Origin: Thermovirgaceae bacterium
GTDB lineage: Bacteria; Synergistota; Synergistia; Synergistales; Thermovirgaceae
NCBI GenBank assembly: GCA_040767805.1
Contig: JAXGNU010000003.1
Coordinates: 96,001 to 160,000, forward strand
Reading direction: 5' to 3'
DNA: 64,000 nucleotides
Made by a program: the position numbers and the translations under genes. The notes under the pieces are model-generated. The model did no database searches. It worked only from the letters and a program-made list of their open reading frames with translations, and was not told the DNA's origin. Within the stretch, counting starts at the first letter, position 1; every line of letters begins with the position of its first letter. Positions 41,122 to 50,557 of the stretch are shown here, in pieces.

Positions 41122-42012
41122 CTATTCCGTTACGAGCATGAGGGGGACGGGGACGTTATCGGGGATGGTCTCACCCCCAAGGTACTTGACGGCGTACTCG
41201 ACGCCCAGGAGCCCCATCTCCTTCGGCTGCTGTGCCACGGTGGCGGCCAGCGTGCCGTCCTTCACGGCTTTAACGGCGTCGTCCACGGCGTCGAAACCGA
41301 CGAACACGATGCCCTTCCGCCCGGCCGCCTCGGCGGCGGCGATGGCCCCGAGCACCATCTCGTCGTTGTGGGCGAAGACCCCGTCGATCTCGGGCTGCGC
41401 CTGGAGGATGTTCTCAAAGACAGCGAGCCCCCTGTCGCGGTTGAAATCCGCCGCCTGGGAGGCCACGATCTCTATGCCGGGAAACCCCTCCATCGCCTCG
41501 TGGAATCCCTTGCCCCTGTCACGGGCGGCCGACGTGCCGGGGATGCCCACCAGCTCCACCACCTTGCCCTTGCCGCCGATCTTTTCCGCCAGGAACTCTC
41601 CCGCCATCTTGCCCCCGGCGACGTTGTCGCTGGCGATATGGGTGACCACCTCACCCGAGGTCGCCCCCCGGTCGATGGTGAATACCGGTATGCCCGCCGC
41701 GTTGGCTTTCAGGATCGACGGCACCACCGCATCGGCGTCGGTGGGGTTCACCAGTATGGCCCCCACCTTCTTCTGGATCAGGTCCTCCATGGAAGAGGTC
41801 ATCTTGGCCGAGTCGTCCTGGGCGTCGTAGATGACCAGCTCCACCCCGAGTTCCCGGGCCTTCTCCTCGGCCCCGTCCTTGAGGGTCACGAAGAAGGGGT
41901 TGTTGAGCGTGGAGATGACCACGCCCAGGGTTTGAGAGGCCGCAGCCGCAAGGGGGAAGGAAAGGACCAGCAGAACCGCCATGGCCACTGACAACAAGCG
42001 CCTTCCTTTCAT
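41122..42012 (-). CDS. rbsB: Ribose ABC transporter substrate-binding protein
   Basis: Signal peptide, STLNNPFF, NPTD, IASDN..GG, AARDRG.GF, NDEM, GFD, AQQP. Confidence 0.92.
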   Translation of the reverse strand: MKGRRLLSVAMAVLLVLSFPLAAAASQTLGVVISTLNNPFFVTLKDGAEEKARELGVELVIYDAQDDSAKMTSSMEDLIQKKVGAILVNPTDADAVVPSILKANAAGIPVFTIDRGATSGEVVTHIASDNVAGGKMAGEFLAEKIGGKGKVVELVGIPGTSAARDRGKGFHEAMEGFPGIEIVASQAADFNRDRGLAVFENILQAQPEIDGVFAHNDEMVLGAIAAAEAAGRKGIVFVGFDAVDDAVKAVKDGTLAATVAQQPKEMGLLGVEYAVKYLGGETIPDNVPVPLMLVTE

Positions 42013-42062
42013 CGCTTTCCACCTCCGTTGATTTTATCCGTTCCCGGCCCGCCAGGGTTCAC

Positions 42063-43028
42063 CTAGGCCGGGCTCCCGGCCGATACCCGGCCGTAAAAGA
42101 CGAGGGCCGCCGCGATCACGAGGCCCCTAACAACCTGCTCGTAGAAAGGGTTCACGTTCAGGACATTGATGCCGTTCCCGATGACCCCCATTATCAGGAC
42201 CCCCATAATGGTCCCGAAGAGGGTCCCCTTCCCGCCGGAGAACTGGCTACCCCCCAGGACGGCGGCGGCGATGGCCCCGAACTCGTAACCCAGCCCCGCC
42301 GTGGGCTGGGCGGCGTCGAGGCGCCCCGCCAGCACCAGCCCCGCCAGCCCGGCGAGGACCCCGCTGAGGACGAAGACCGATGCCGTGATCGCCGGGACCG
42401 GTATGGCGGACCCCCAGGCGGCCACGGGGTTGGATCCTATGGAGCGGACCTGTTCGCCCCAGGACGACAGTTCCAGCAGGACGAAAAGGACCGCGAAAAC
42501 GCCGGCGAAGACCAGCACCGGCAGGGGGACCCCGACGAACCAGCCCGTCCCGGGCAACCGGAAGGCCTCGGGGAAACCGCTGATGGGGGCTCCCCCCGTG
42601 AAAAGCAGCGCCGCCCCCCTGGCCGCCCCCATCATCCCCAGGGTCACGATGAAGGGGGGCACCCTCATCCATGCCACGGTGAACCCGTTCAGGGCTCCGC
42701 AGGCCCCCCCCGCCAGGAGGGCCGCGCCCCAGGCCGCGTAAAAGGGTACGCCTCCCTTCACCAGGGACGCCCCCACCAGGGAGGACAGGGCCACCACGCT
42801 GCCTACCGACAGGTCTATACCCCTGACCAGGATCACGCAGGTCATGCCCAGGGCGATGATCCCCAGTATCGACGACTGGCGCAGGATGTTCACGAAGTTG
42901 CTCACCGTCAGGAACCGGGGCTCCATCAGGGCGAGGACCGAGCAGAGGACGGCCAGGACCGACCCCAGGACCACGTAGGGGCTGAAGAGGACCTTTCTCG
43001 TGAGAAAACCGCCCTTGGCCGCCTTCAA
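42063..43028 (-). CDS. rbsC: Ribose/sugar ABC transporter permease
   Basis: GIDLSVGS, VPPFIVTLG, IG.N..AA, IAAAVLGG; TTG start overlaps the rbsD stop. Confidence 0.85.
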   Translation of the reverse strand: MKAAKGGFLTRKVLFSPYVVLGSVLAVLCSVLALMEPRFLTVSNFVNILRQSSILGIIALGMTCVILVRGIDLSVGSVVALSSLVGASLVKGGVPFYAAWGAALLAGGACGALNGFTVAWMRVPPFIVTLGMMGAARGAALLFTGGAPISGFPEAFRLPGTGWFVGVPLPVLVFAGVFAVLFVLLELSSWGEQVRSIGSNPVAAWGSAIPVPAITASVFVLSGVLAGLAGLVLAGRLDAAQPTAGLGYEFGAIAAAVLGGSQFSGGKGTLFGTIMGVLIMGVIGNGINVLNVNPFYEQVVRGLVIAAALVFYGRVSAGSPA

Positions 43029-43414
43029 AAAAAGACCCCCGACTGGAGTATCACGTTCGCGTAGGGCGTGCATTCCCCCGTGCGCACCACGAACCGTACG
43101 GTCCGCAGCATCGACTTCAACTCCTCGTGGGGGACCTCTTCCAGCGGGCAGCCCGGCCCGAGGACCTGCTTCAGCAAGCCCTTGAGTTCCGATGAGGCCT
43201 GGGCGGCGCAGAAGGCATGCTCCACCACGACGGCCTCCAGGACGGCCTCGAGCACATCCTGGAACGAAGGTCTGCCGGGGACGAAGGCGAGGTCGACCCT
43301 CGGGACCTCTTCCGGTATCGGAAGCCCCGCGTCGGCCACGCAAAACCTGTCCGTATGGCCCAGCATGGACACGAAAAAGTTCAGGTCCGGGTGCAGCAAA
43401 CCTCCTCTTTTCAC
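43025..43414 (-). CDS. rbsD: D-ribose pyranase
   Basis: LGHTD...ADAGLPIP, HEELK, VRTGECTPYANVILQSGV; GTG start. Confidence 0.93.
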   Translation of the reverse strand: MKRGGLLHPDLNFFVSMLGHTDRFCVADAGLPIPEEVPRVDLAFVPGRPSFQDVLEAVLEAVVVEHAFCAAQASSELKGLLKQVLGPGCPLEEVPHEELKSMLRTVRFVVRTGECTPYANVILQSGVFF

Positions 43415-43418
43415 GGCC

Positions 43419-44357
43419 TCACACCTCCCCTTGGGACTTCCCGGGCGGCCCACCCGAAGGGCCCCGCAGCAGCCCCTCCACCTGCTCCCTCGCGGGCAGG
43501 CCCGGTTGGGCCCCGACCACGGTGCAGGCCAGCGCTCCCGCCGCCGAGGCGAAAACGGCCGCCTTGTAAAGGGGATTCCCCTCGGCCAGCGAAACGGCCA
43601 AGGCGGCCGAGAAAGCGTCGCCCGCGCCGGTGGCGTCAACGGCCTCTACGGGGAAGGCCTCCACCCGTTTCACTTCCCGCCCGCGGCGGATCATCGCCCC
43701 CTCTGGGCCGAGGGTGACCACCACGGCCCCCGCCCCCTTTTCGAGCAGCCTCCCGGCGCCCTCCTCCAGGTCCCCCGTGCCGGTGAACCCGGCCAGTTCC
43801 AACCTGTTGGGGACGGCGATGTCCACGAAACCCCAGGCTTCATCGGGCAGCGCCCCGTAGGGGGCGGGGTCGAAGACCGTCAGCGCCCCCGAAGCCTTCC
43901 CGAGCCTCAGGGCCTCGATGGCGGTCTCCGGGGGTAGTTCCAGTTGGACGAGGAGCGCGTCGGCCCCCTCGAAAAGGGACCCGCCCTCCAGCAGGTCCCC
44001 GCCGGTGACCGTGGCGTTAGCCCCGGGCGCCACGATTATGGAGTTCTCACCCCCGGGGAAGACGGTGATCATGGCGACGCCTGTGGCTTCACCGTTCCTC
44101 GTGGCGACATGGCCGCAGTCGACGCCCTCTTCCTCCAGGGCCGACAGCATGATCTCCCCGAACCGGTCGCCCCCCACGGCCCCCACCATGGCCACCGACG
44201 CCCCCAGCCGGGCGGCCGCCACCGCCTGGTTGGCGCCCTTCCCGCCGCCGGCCATGCTGAAGCGCCCCCCCAGGAGCGTCTCCCCGGGGCGGGGCGGCCT
44301 TTCGGCCTCGACGATCAAGTCCATGTTCACCGACCCCACGACCACTACCCTGACCAG
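43419..44357 (-). CDS. rbsK: Ribokinase
   Basis: VGSVNMD, GGKGANQAVAAARLG, N..E, DATGAGDAF; start is CTG 44357 or GTG 44345. Confidence 0.93.
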   Translation of the reverse strand: MVRVVVVGSVNMDLIVEAERPPRPGETLLGGRFSMAGGGKGANQAVAAARLGASVAMVGAVGGDRFGEIMLSALEEEGVDCGHVATRNGEATGVAMITVFPGGENSIIVAPGANATVTGGDLLEGGSLFEGADALLVQLELPPETAIEALRLGKASGALTVFDPAPYGALPDEAWGFVDIAVPNRLELAGFTGTGDLEEGAGRLLEKGAGAVVVTLGPEGAMIRRGREVKRVEAFPVEAVDATGAGDAFSAALAVSLAEGNPLYKAAVFASAAGALACTVVGAQPGLPAREQVEGLLRGPSGGPPGKSQGEV

Positions 44358-44374
44358 GTCCCCTACCTCCTTTT

Positions 44375-44392
44375 TGAAGGGGCGCCCCTTCA
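44375..44392. promoter_or_regulatory. Perfect 18-bp palindrome in the rbsK/rbsA divergent spacer
   Basis: TGAAGGGGCGCCCCTTCA. Confidence 0.4.
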
Positions 44393-44489
44393 GGCTTCAC
44401 GAAAGGTTATACTTTACTGTGTCTATTATAAGCCTTTTTATCAGAATGGCATGGTTCACCGCCGCTCGGGGAGGGAAGGGGGCTTCTTT

Positions 44490-45992
44490 TTGGGTGAACT
44501 GATCAGTGCCAGGGGGATCCATAAATACTTTCCCGGCGTGCACGCCCTCAACGACGTGACCTTCAACGTCGGGGCCGGCGAGATCCACGCCCTGGTCGGC
44601 GAGAACGGCGCCGGGAAGTCCACGCTGGTGAAGATCCTCTCAGGCATCCACACCCCTGATTCGGGTGAAATACTCTTCGAAGGTCGGCGGGTGGACTGGA
44701 AGGGCCCCAGGGATGCACTCAAAGCGGGCATCGCCGTGATACACCAGGAACTAAGCCTGGCCCCGCACCTCTCGGTGGCGGAAAACATCTTCCTGGGGCG
44801 GGAGCCGCGGAAGGGACCCTTCCTGGACCGGGCGGCCCTTCGCGATGAGGCGCGCAGGATACTCGCCCGGGTTCACGCCGCCTTTGACGTAGACCGCGAG
44901 GTGCGGACCCTCATTCCCGGGGAGCGGCAACTGGTGGAGATCGCCAAGGCTCTTTCCCTCAACGTGAAGGTCCTGGCCATGGACGAGCCCACGTCGAGCC
45001 TTTCCGACAGGGAGACGGAGAACCTTTTCGGGCTCATGGGGGAACTTCGCCGTCAGGGCGTGGGGATGATCTACATCTCCCACCGCCTCGAGGAAGTATT
45101 CCGCATCGCCGACACCATCACCGTGCTCCGGGACGGCGCGAACGCCGGCGGCGGCCCCATGGGCGACTTCGACCAGGAGGACGTCGTGCGCCTCATGGTC
45201 GGCCGCAGCGTCGACACCCTGTTCCCCAGGGAAAGACCCGCCCTTGGCGATACCGTACTTGAAGTGGAAGGCCTCTCCCGCGACGGGGTGCTGAAGGACA
45301 TAAGCTTCAAGGTCAGGAAGGGTGAGATACTCGGCTTTTCGGGCCTCGTCGGGAGCGGCCGGAGCGACCTCGTCCGCTGCCTCTTCGGCCTTGAGCCCTA
45401 TCAAAAGGGGACGATCAGTATAAAGGGGCGTACGGCCCGGGTCAGGCGGCCCTCAGAAGCGCTGGAGGAGGGGCTCTTCCTGGTCCCCGAGGACCGCAAG
45501 CTGCAAGGGCTTTTTCTCAACCGCTCCGTCGAGAGGAACGTGACGGTCCTCCAACTGCTGCGCCGCCTTTACGGGCTGTTCCTCGTCAACGGCGCCCTGA
45601 GGCGCAGGGAGGCCCTGCGCCTCCTGAAAGCACTCAACGTCCGGTTCGCCCGTCTTGACCAGGAAGTCCAGAACCTATCGGGCGGCAACCAGCAGAAGAC
45701 CGTCATCGCCAAGGGACTCAGCGTCACGCCCGAGATACTCATCCTCGACGAACCGACCAGGGGCATCGACGTGGGCGCCAAGGCGGAGATCCACCACCTG
45801 ATGAACCGCCTGACCCACGAGGGGATGGCGGTGATCATGGTCTCCTCGGAACTGCCGGAGGTACTCGGCATGAGCGACCGCGTAGCCGTGATGAGGGAAG
45901 GCCGCATAGCCGCCTTTTTTGAGAAGGAAGAGGCGACAAGCGAAAAGATCATGTTGGCTGCCGCGGGAGGGGTCGAAGTTGGCGCGCCTTAA
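44490..45992 (+). CDS. rbsA: Sugar (ribose) ABC transporter ATP-binding protein
   Basis: GENGAGKST, DEPT, ISHRL, EDRK..GL, LSGGNQQK, DEPTRGIDVGAK; TTG start. Confidence 0.88.
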   Translation: MGELISARGIHKYFPGVHALNDVTFNVGAGEIHALVGENGAGKSTLVKILSGIHTPDSGEILFEGRRVDWKGPRDALKAGIAVIHQELSLAPHLSVAENIFLGREPRKGPFLDRAALRDEARRILARVHAAFDVDREVRTLIPGERQLVEIAKALSLNVKVLAMDEPTSSLSDRETENLFGLMGELRRQGVGMIYISHRLEEVFRIADTITVLRDGANAGGGPMGDFDQEDVVRLMVGRSVDTLFPRERPALGDTVLEVEGLSRDGVLKDISFKVRKGEILGFSGLVGSGRSDLVRCLFGLEPYQKGTISIKGRTARVRRPSEALEEGLFLVPEDRKLQGLFLNRSVERNVTVLQLLRRLYGLFLVNGALRRREALRLLKALNVRFARLDQEVQNLSGGNQQKTVIAKGLSVTPEILILDEPTRGIDVGAKAEIHHLMNRLTHEGMAVIMVSSELPEVLGMSDRVAVMREGRIAAFFEKEEATSEKIMLAAAGGVEVGAP

Positions 45993-46938
45993 CTGGAGAA
46001 GACACGGCAACCTGGCGGTGCTGGCCGCGCTCCTGGCCGTGCTGGCGTCCCGGGACCCCGGGGTCCTGTCGACGTCCAACATAACGAACGTCATCGGCCA
46101 GGCGGCCGTCATGGGCATCTGCGCCGTAGGGATGACCTTCGTCATCCTCACCGGCGGCATAGACCTTTCGGTGGGGAGTATCGTGGCGCTTTCGGGTGCC
46201 CTGGGGGCATGGCTCAACGTCCACGCCGGCCTCCCCTGGCAGGCGGCCTGGGCCTCGGCGATACTGGCCGGCACCGCTTGCGGCCTGGTCTCGGGGCTGC
46301 TGGTCCACTGGGGGCGCGTACCGCCCTTCATGGCGACCCTGGCCGTGATGGCCGCCGCCAGGGGCCTGACGCTCCTCCTTACCCAGGGGAGCCCCATCTC
46401 AGGCACCTCGCCGGCCTTCAACTACGCCGGCTGGGCCTCTCTTTCGGGGTTTCCCGTCTCGGGGATGATCCTTTTGGCCTGCGCCACGGCGGCATGGATA
46501 CTGCTCCGCTTCACCCCCTTCGGCACCGGCGTCTACGCCCTGGGCGACAACCCCGAGGCCGCCCGCTTTGCCGGAATACCCACGGGCCGGGTCACCGTGT
46601 CCGTCTACGCCCTGAGCGGATCCACGGCGGGCCTCGCCGGTCTCCTGATGGTGGGCCGCCTCTGGAGCGCCCAGCCCGGCATCGGCATGGGCCTCGAACT
46701 GGACGTGATCGCCTCGGTCGTTCTCGGGGGCACCAGCCTCTTCGGCGGGGTTGGGACCATACGGGGGACGCTGACGGGCGTGCTCATCATGGGATTCCTG
46801 GACAACGGCCTGAGGATCCTCGGGATCTCCAGCTACCTGCAGCAGGTTATCAAGGGGATGGTCTTCATCGGGGCCGTCATCCTCGACATGTACTTCAAGG
46901 GCGCCTACCGGAAGGATCGAAGCCGCGATGCGCCATGA
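45979..46938 (+). CDS. Second sugar ABC transporter permease (RbsC-like)
   Basis: GGIDLSVGS, VPPFMATL, GDNPEAARFAGI, IASVVLGGTSL; overlaps the rbsA end. Confidence 0.88.
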   Translation: MARLNWRRHGNLAVLAALLAVLASRDPGVLSTSNITNVIGQAAVMGICAVGMTFVILTGGIDLSVGSIVALSGALGAWLNVHAGLPWQAAWASAILAGTACGLVSGLLVHWGRVPPFMATLAVMAAARGLTLLLTQGSPISGTSPAFNYAGWASLSGFPVSGMILLACATAAWILLRFTPFGTGVYALGDNPEAARFAGIPTGRVTVSVYALSGSTAGLAGLLMVGRLWSAQPGIGMGLELDVIASVVLGGTSLFGGVGTIRGTLTGVLIMGFLDNGLRILGISSYLQQVIKGMVFIGAVILDMYFKGAYRKDRSRDAP

Positions 46939-47108
46939 CCAGGCTCCATTTTCCGGCCCAGGGGTTTTGTCGAAAGGCCGGGTGCTGGCGATCCCGCGTT
47001 TTTTAGAACCCTTTTGAGTTGTGGAAAGGGTCGATTTATGCAAATATGGCCTTGCCAAAGCCAACCGTGAAAACCCGAAGGCACAAAAGAGAGAAGGAGG
47101 GGTCTTTC

Positions 47109-50100
47109 TTGAGATCTCAACTCGTGGTCCGGTCAAGACTTAATTCTTCCCGCTGCAAAGCCTTCATCATGACAGCCCTGGCAATGCTGGTCGCTGTCTC
47201 CCTGTCGGCTCCCGCCGTTTTCGCCGCCGAGGGGGATGAACACTGGTCCCGACAGTTCCCAAAGCCAGTCCAGACGACCCAGATGTCGGCGGCTACGGGA
47301 ATGTCCGACGGGACGGGGGCCCCGTCGGTGCGGCGGGTCAAATGGCACGACGGCAAACTGTGGTTCGCCGGCGCATGGGAGGCGGGCGTCGATGCCCGGG
47401 ACTTCAGCAAGAAACTAACTAACCAGTCGTGGCATCTCTGGACGTGGTCGCCGGAAAGGGGCTACGAAGTGGTGGCCTTCTTCCACACCTCCCACGGCGG
47501 CGTTGGCCCCGACGGTGTCATCGATGACTTCGTCTTCCTCCCCGACGGGCGCATCGTGGTGGGCGGCGAATTCATGCGGCTCGACAACCCCGGCGGCAAC
47601 CGCTACCACGGGGTCAACGCCCTGGCCGTCTTCGACCCCGGCGAGCCCGGCCCTGATCGGTGGCGTCCCCTGGGGCGGGTCCAGTACAACGGGACCATAA
47701 GCCCCGGCGGTTCCATCCAGTCCCTCGACTACGACCCGCGGGGCGACTGCCTGTACATCGGCGGCTCCTTCGCGGGCGCGCCCCTCGAACTGCCCATGAG
47801 GAGCAACGCTTTCCATCGCTTCAACTTCAAAACGGGCACCCACGAGATAATCCCCTCCGGGCCGGGCGGCGCCCACCCCCGGGTTCAAAGGATATTCGTC
47901 GACACCTCCACCGACCCGTCCACGATATACATCGGGGGGACCTGGCACTACCTCGGCGGTAACGGTATCGAGCCGGGCAGCACCCTCTCCACGGCCAGCT
48001 ACTCCACAGGCTTCGCCGCGTGGCGCGAGGACACGGGCTGGATGCCCTACCCCGCCGACTTTCCCAGGGACGGCTCCGATAAGGCCGACGGGATCCTCCA
48101 GCGGGCCGGTGATTTCATCGCCTTCGATTCCGTCGTCGTTCGCGACTTCCTGGTCGACGGCGATGATATCTGGATAGTGGGGAGCTTCTCCGAGGGAAAG
48201 GACCAGGAGCCCCTCCGCGGCATAGCCCGTTGGGACCGCGAGAAGAACGCCTGGACCGACCCCACCGGCCGCGGAGGGGTGGGTAGGGACGTCTTCAGCA
48301 TAGAAAAGGCCGAGGACGGGCTCATCTACTTCTCCGGCGCTTTCGGGGGACGAAAGTCGGCAAGCGAGTTCTACGACGGCTTCAAGAACGGAGACCCCGC
48401 CCACTGCGTGGTGGCCTACGACCCGGCGGCCGATACCTGGCACACCCTCGGCTCGGGCCTCTCCTCGAAGGTGATGCCCGAGGTCCGCCTGGCTGTCAAC
48501 GGCCGGGACATTTATTTCGTCGGCGATTTCAGCCACATCGGCCCCGAGAACTTCGGGGACAAGGCCCCCGCCGACCAGCAGTCCCACTACATCGCCCGCT
48601 GGAACCCGACGGTGGACTTCACCGCTGACCCTCCGGCCGTAGAGAAGACCAACGCCCGGTACGTGGAGCATGTCCCCACGACGGCGGCTCCCGCCGGGTC
48701 GGAGCACTGGTCCCGAGCCTTCACGGCCCCCGAGCGCAACGACGCCCGCAAGGTCACCGGCATGAACGACGGCATCGGCACGCCTGACATAGCCGGCATA
48801 GCCTGGATCGGCGACACCCTCTACTTCGGCGGGAGCTGGGAAGCGGAAAAGGGGACCCGCTGGTTCGCCTGGAGTCTCCACCCCGAGCGCGGCTACGAGC
48901 GGCTGGCCTGGTCGGGCGGCGAAGGGATCCAGAGCCCGCCGGAGGGCGTAAAAGCCATCCAAGGCAAACTTTACGCCTACGGTGCCATCAGCAGCCATAG
49001 CGGCATCGCTGTTTACGACCCCGCCGAGGGCAGCTGGTCCCAGGTGCGGGGGACCTACCGCGGGCAGGAGGTCGTGGGCAACTCGGCCCGCGGCGGTACG
49101 GGCGCGGTCAACGACATCGCCCTCGATGAGCGTACGGGCGACCTCTACCTGGTGGGCAACTGGGCGCCGGCCCTGGAAATGCCCGACGTCGACCACCCGC
49201 TGGACATCGCCGCGGCCCTCCGCATCGACGCCGACGGCGAGTACCACATCATGGGCCGCGACCTCAAGGCCGAGGACATGAACAAGCCCGTCAAGGGGAT
49301 ATACAGCATCGTCCTCGACACCACCAAGGACCCCGTCGGCATTTACGTGGCGGGGACCTTCAACTTCTACGGCCCCGTGCCGACCACCCACGCCCGGATG
49401 GCCTACAACGTGGCCCGCTGGGACTACGAAGCCGACGACTGGCGCCCCGTTGGGCACGGCAACTTCACCCACCTGAGCGAACTCGACGTTGGCCACTACC
49501 CGGAAGGTCTCCCCGGGCTGCCCGCGAAGACCCACGAACCGGGCTTCAACAACTACTCGGGGTTCCTGCAGGAAGGCTTCCCCCGGGTCCGCGCCCTGGC
49601 CCTCGACAAGGAGGGCAACCTCTACGCCGGCGGCACCCTTGGCATCGTCGACCGTGACCCCGACATCCTTTCGCGCCACTCAAGGGAGACCTACGGGCTG
49701 GCCCGGTACGACGCCAAAAGAGGCACCTGGGGTCCCGCCGACACCTCGGGGGGCGTCTCCCGCGACGTCGTCCAGATGACCTGGCTCGACGAGAACCGCC
49801 TCCTGTTGACCGGCAGCTTCATCTACGATGAAAAGTGGAACCAGCTGCACAACGTCGCCATCCTCGATATCCGTACCGGTGAGTTGAGCCCTGTAGGCGG
49901 CGGTCTCCTCCGGGAAGGCCGGGCCCACGTGGTGGGCTCCGAGGTGGTCCACGCCGTGAGGGGCGAGGAGCTCTGGTTCGCGGGGCTCTTTGACCACGTC
50001 GGCGTCAACGGCAACGCCATGCACACCGCCCCGATCGTGTCGAAGTACATCGCTCTCTACGATCCGACCCGTGTCCTCGACCCGAACCACTACCTGGTGG

Positions 50101-50372
50101 TCGAGCCCGTCGAGCCGATCAAGGCCCCGACGGGTTCCAGTTCGGAATCCAAAACGGTCGAGCTCAAGGCGAGCCTAAGCGAAGGCGAGGGAGCGATAAC
50201 CTGGTACGAGCGCCGCGCCGACGGGACCTTCGTCAAGAAGGCTTCCGGCGAGAGCTGCAAGGCCACCCTTCGCGTCGCCCCCGGCAGCGGCGACCTTTTC
50301 TACTACGTGAGCGTGACGGGGCCCGACGGCGTCGAAGGGGGCAAGGCGCCGGTCAGGATCCCGGTCCAGTGA
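47109..50372 (+). CDS. Large secreted hypothetical protein with two homologous beta-propeller-like modules and a C-terminal beta-rich domain
   Basis: AAGGAGG RBS + TTG, signal peptide (..APAVFA), duplicated EHWSR.F..P...TGM.DG.G.P block, repeated Y/W-x-G-G-x-F and ARWD blades. Confidence 0.8.
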   Translation: MRSQLVVRSRLNSSRCKAFIMTALAMLVAVSLSAPAVFAAEGDEHWSRQFPKPVQTTQMSAATGMSDGTGAPSVRRVKWHDGKLWFAGAWEAGVDARDFSKKLTNQSWHLWTWSPERGYEVVAFFHTSHGGVGPDGVIDDFVFLPDGRIVVGGEFMRLDNPGGNRYHGVNALAVFDPGEPGPDRWRPLGRVQYNGTISPGGSIQSLDYDPRGDCLYIGGSFAGAPLELPMRSNAFHRFNFKTGTHEIIPSGPGGAHPRVQRIFVDTSTDPSTIYIGGTWHYLGGNGIEPGSTLSTASYSTGFAAWREDTGWMPYPADFPRDGSDKADGILQRAGDFIAFDSVVVRDFLVDGDDIWIVGSFSEGKDQEPLRGIARWDREKNAWTDPTGRGGVGRDVFSIEKAEDGLIYFSGAFGGRKSASEFYDGFKNGDPAHCVVAYDPAADTWHTLGSGLSSKVMPEVRLAVNGRDIYFVGDFSHIGPENFGDKAPADQQSHYIARWNPTVDFTADPPAVEKTNARYVEHVPTTAAPAGSEHWSRAFTAPERNDARKVTGMNDGIGTPDIAGIAWIGDTLYFGGSWEAEKGTRWFAWSLHPERGYERLAWSGGEGIQSPPEGVKAIQGKLYAYGAISSHSGIAVYDPAEGSWSQVRGTYRGQEVVGNSARGGTGAVNDIALDERTGDLYLVGNWAPALEMPDVDHPLDIAAALRIDADGEYHIMGRDLKAEDMNKPVKGIYSIVLDTTKDPVGIYVAGTFNFYGPVPTTHARMAYNVARWDYEADDWRPVGHGNFTHLSELDVGHYPEGLPGLPAKTHEPGFNNYSGFLQEGFPRVRALALDKEGNLYAGGTLGIVDRDPDILSRHSRETYGLARYDAKRGTWGPADTSGGVSRDVVQMTWLDENRLLLTGSFIYDEKWNQLHNVAILDIRTGELSPVGGGLLREGRAHVVGSEVVHAVRGEELWFAGLFDHVGVNGNAMHTAPIVSKYIALYDPTRVLDPNHYLVVEPVEPIKAPTGSSSESKTVELKASLSEGEGAITWYERRADGTFVKKASGESCKATLRVAPGSGDLFYYVSVTGPDGVEGGKAPVRIPVQ

Positions 50373-50391
50373 AGGAACCCCAAAGACAAGC

Positions 50392-50427
50392 AAGAGGCCG
50401 GGCGGGATGGGATCCGTCCGGCCTCTT
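50392..50427 (+). terminator. Hairpin terminator
   Basis: AAGAGGCCGG...CCGGCCTCTT. Confidence 0.55.
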
Positions 50428-50557
50428 AAAACCGCCGCTCCCCCTTGGTTTGCGAAGAAGCGCCCTTGACTTGATTTCATGAAGTCGTCCAGAATGTACC
50501 CGGGCGCTGGAAACCCCGATCGAAGGGCGAGAAAGCCCCGAAAGAAGTGAAAGATCC

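Noticed and set aside
47415..49679. Long antisense or alternate-frame ORFs (e.g. 754 aa at 47415-49679, 652 aa at 57816-59774, 426 aa at 26996-28276, 408 aa at 22944-24170)
   Set aside because: They mirror well-supported genes on the opposite strand. Such shadows are expected from high GC3 codon bias, and they show no motifs or RBS.
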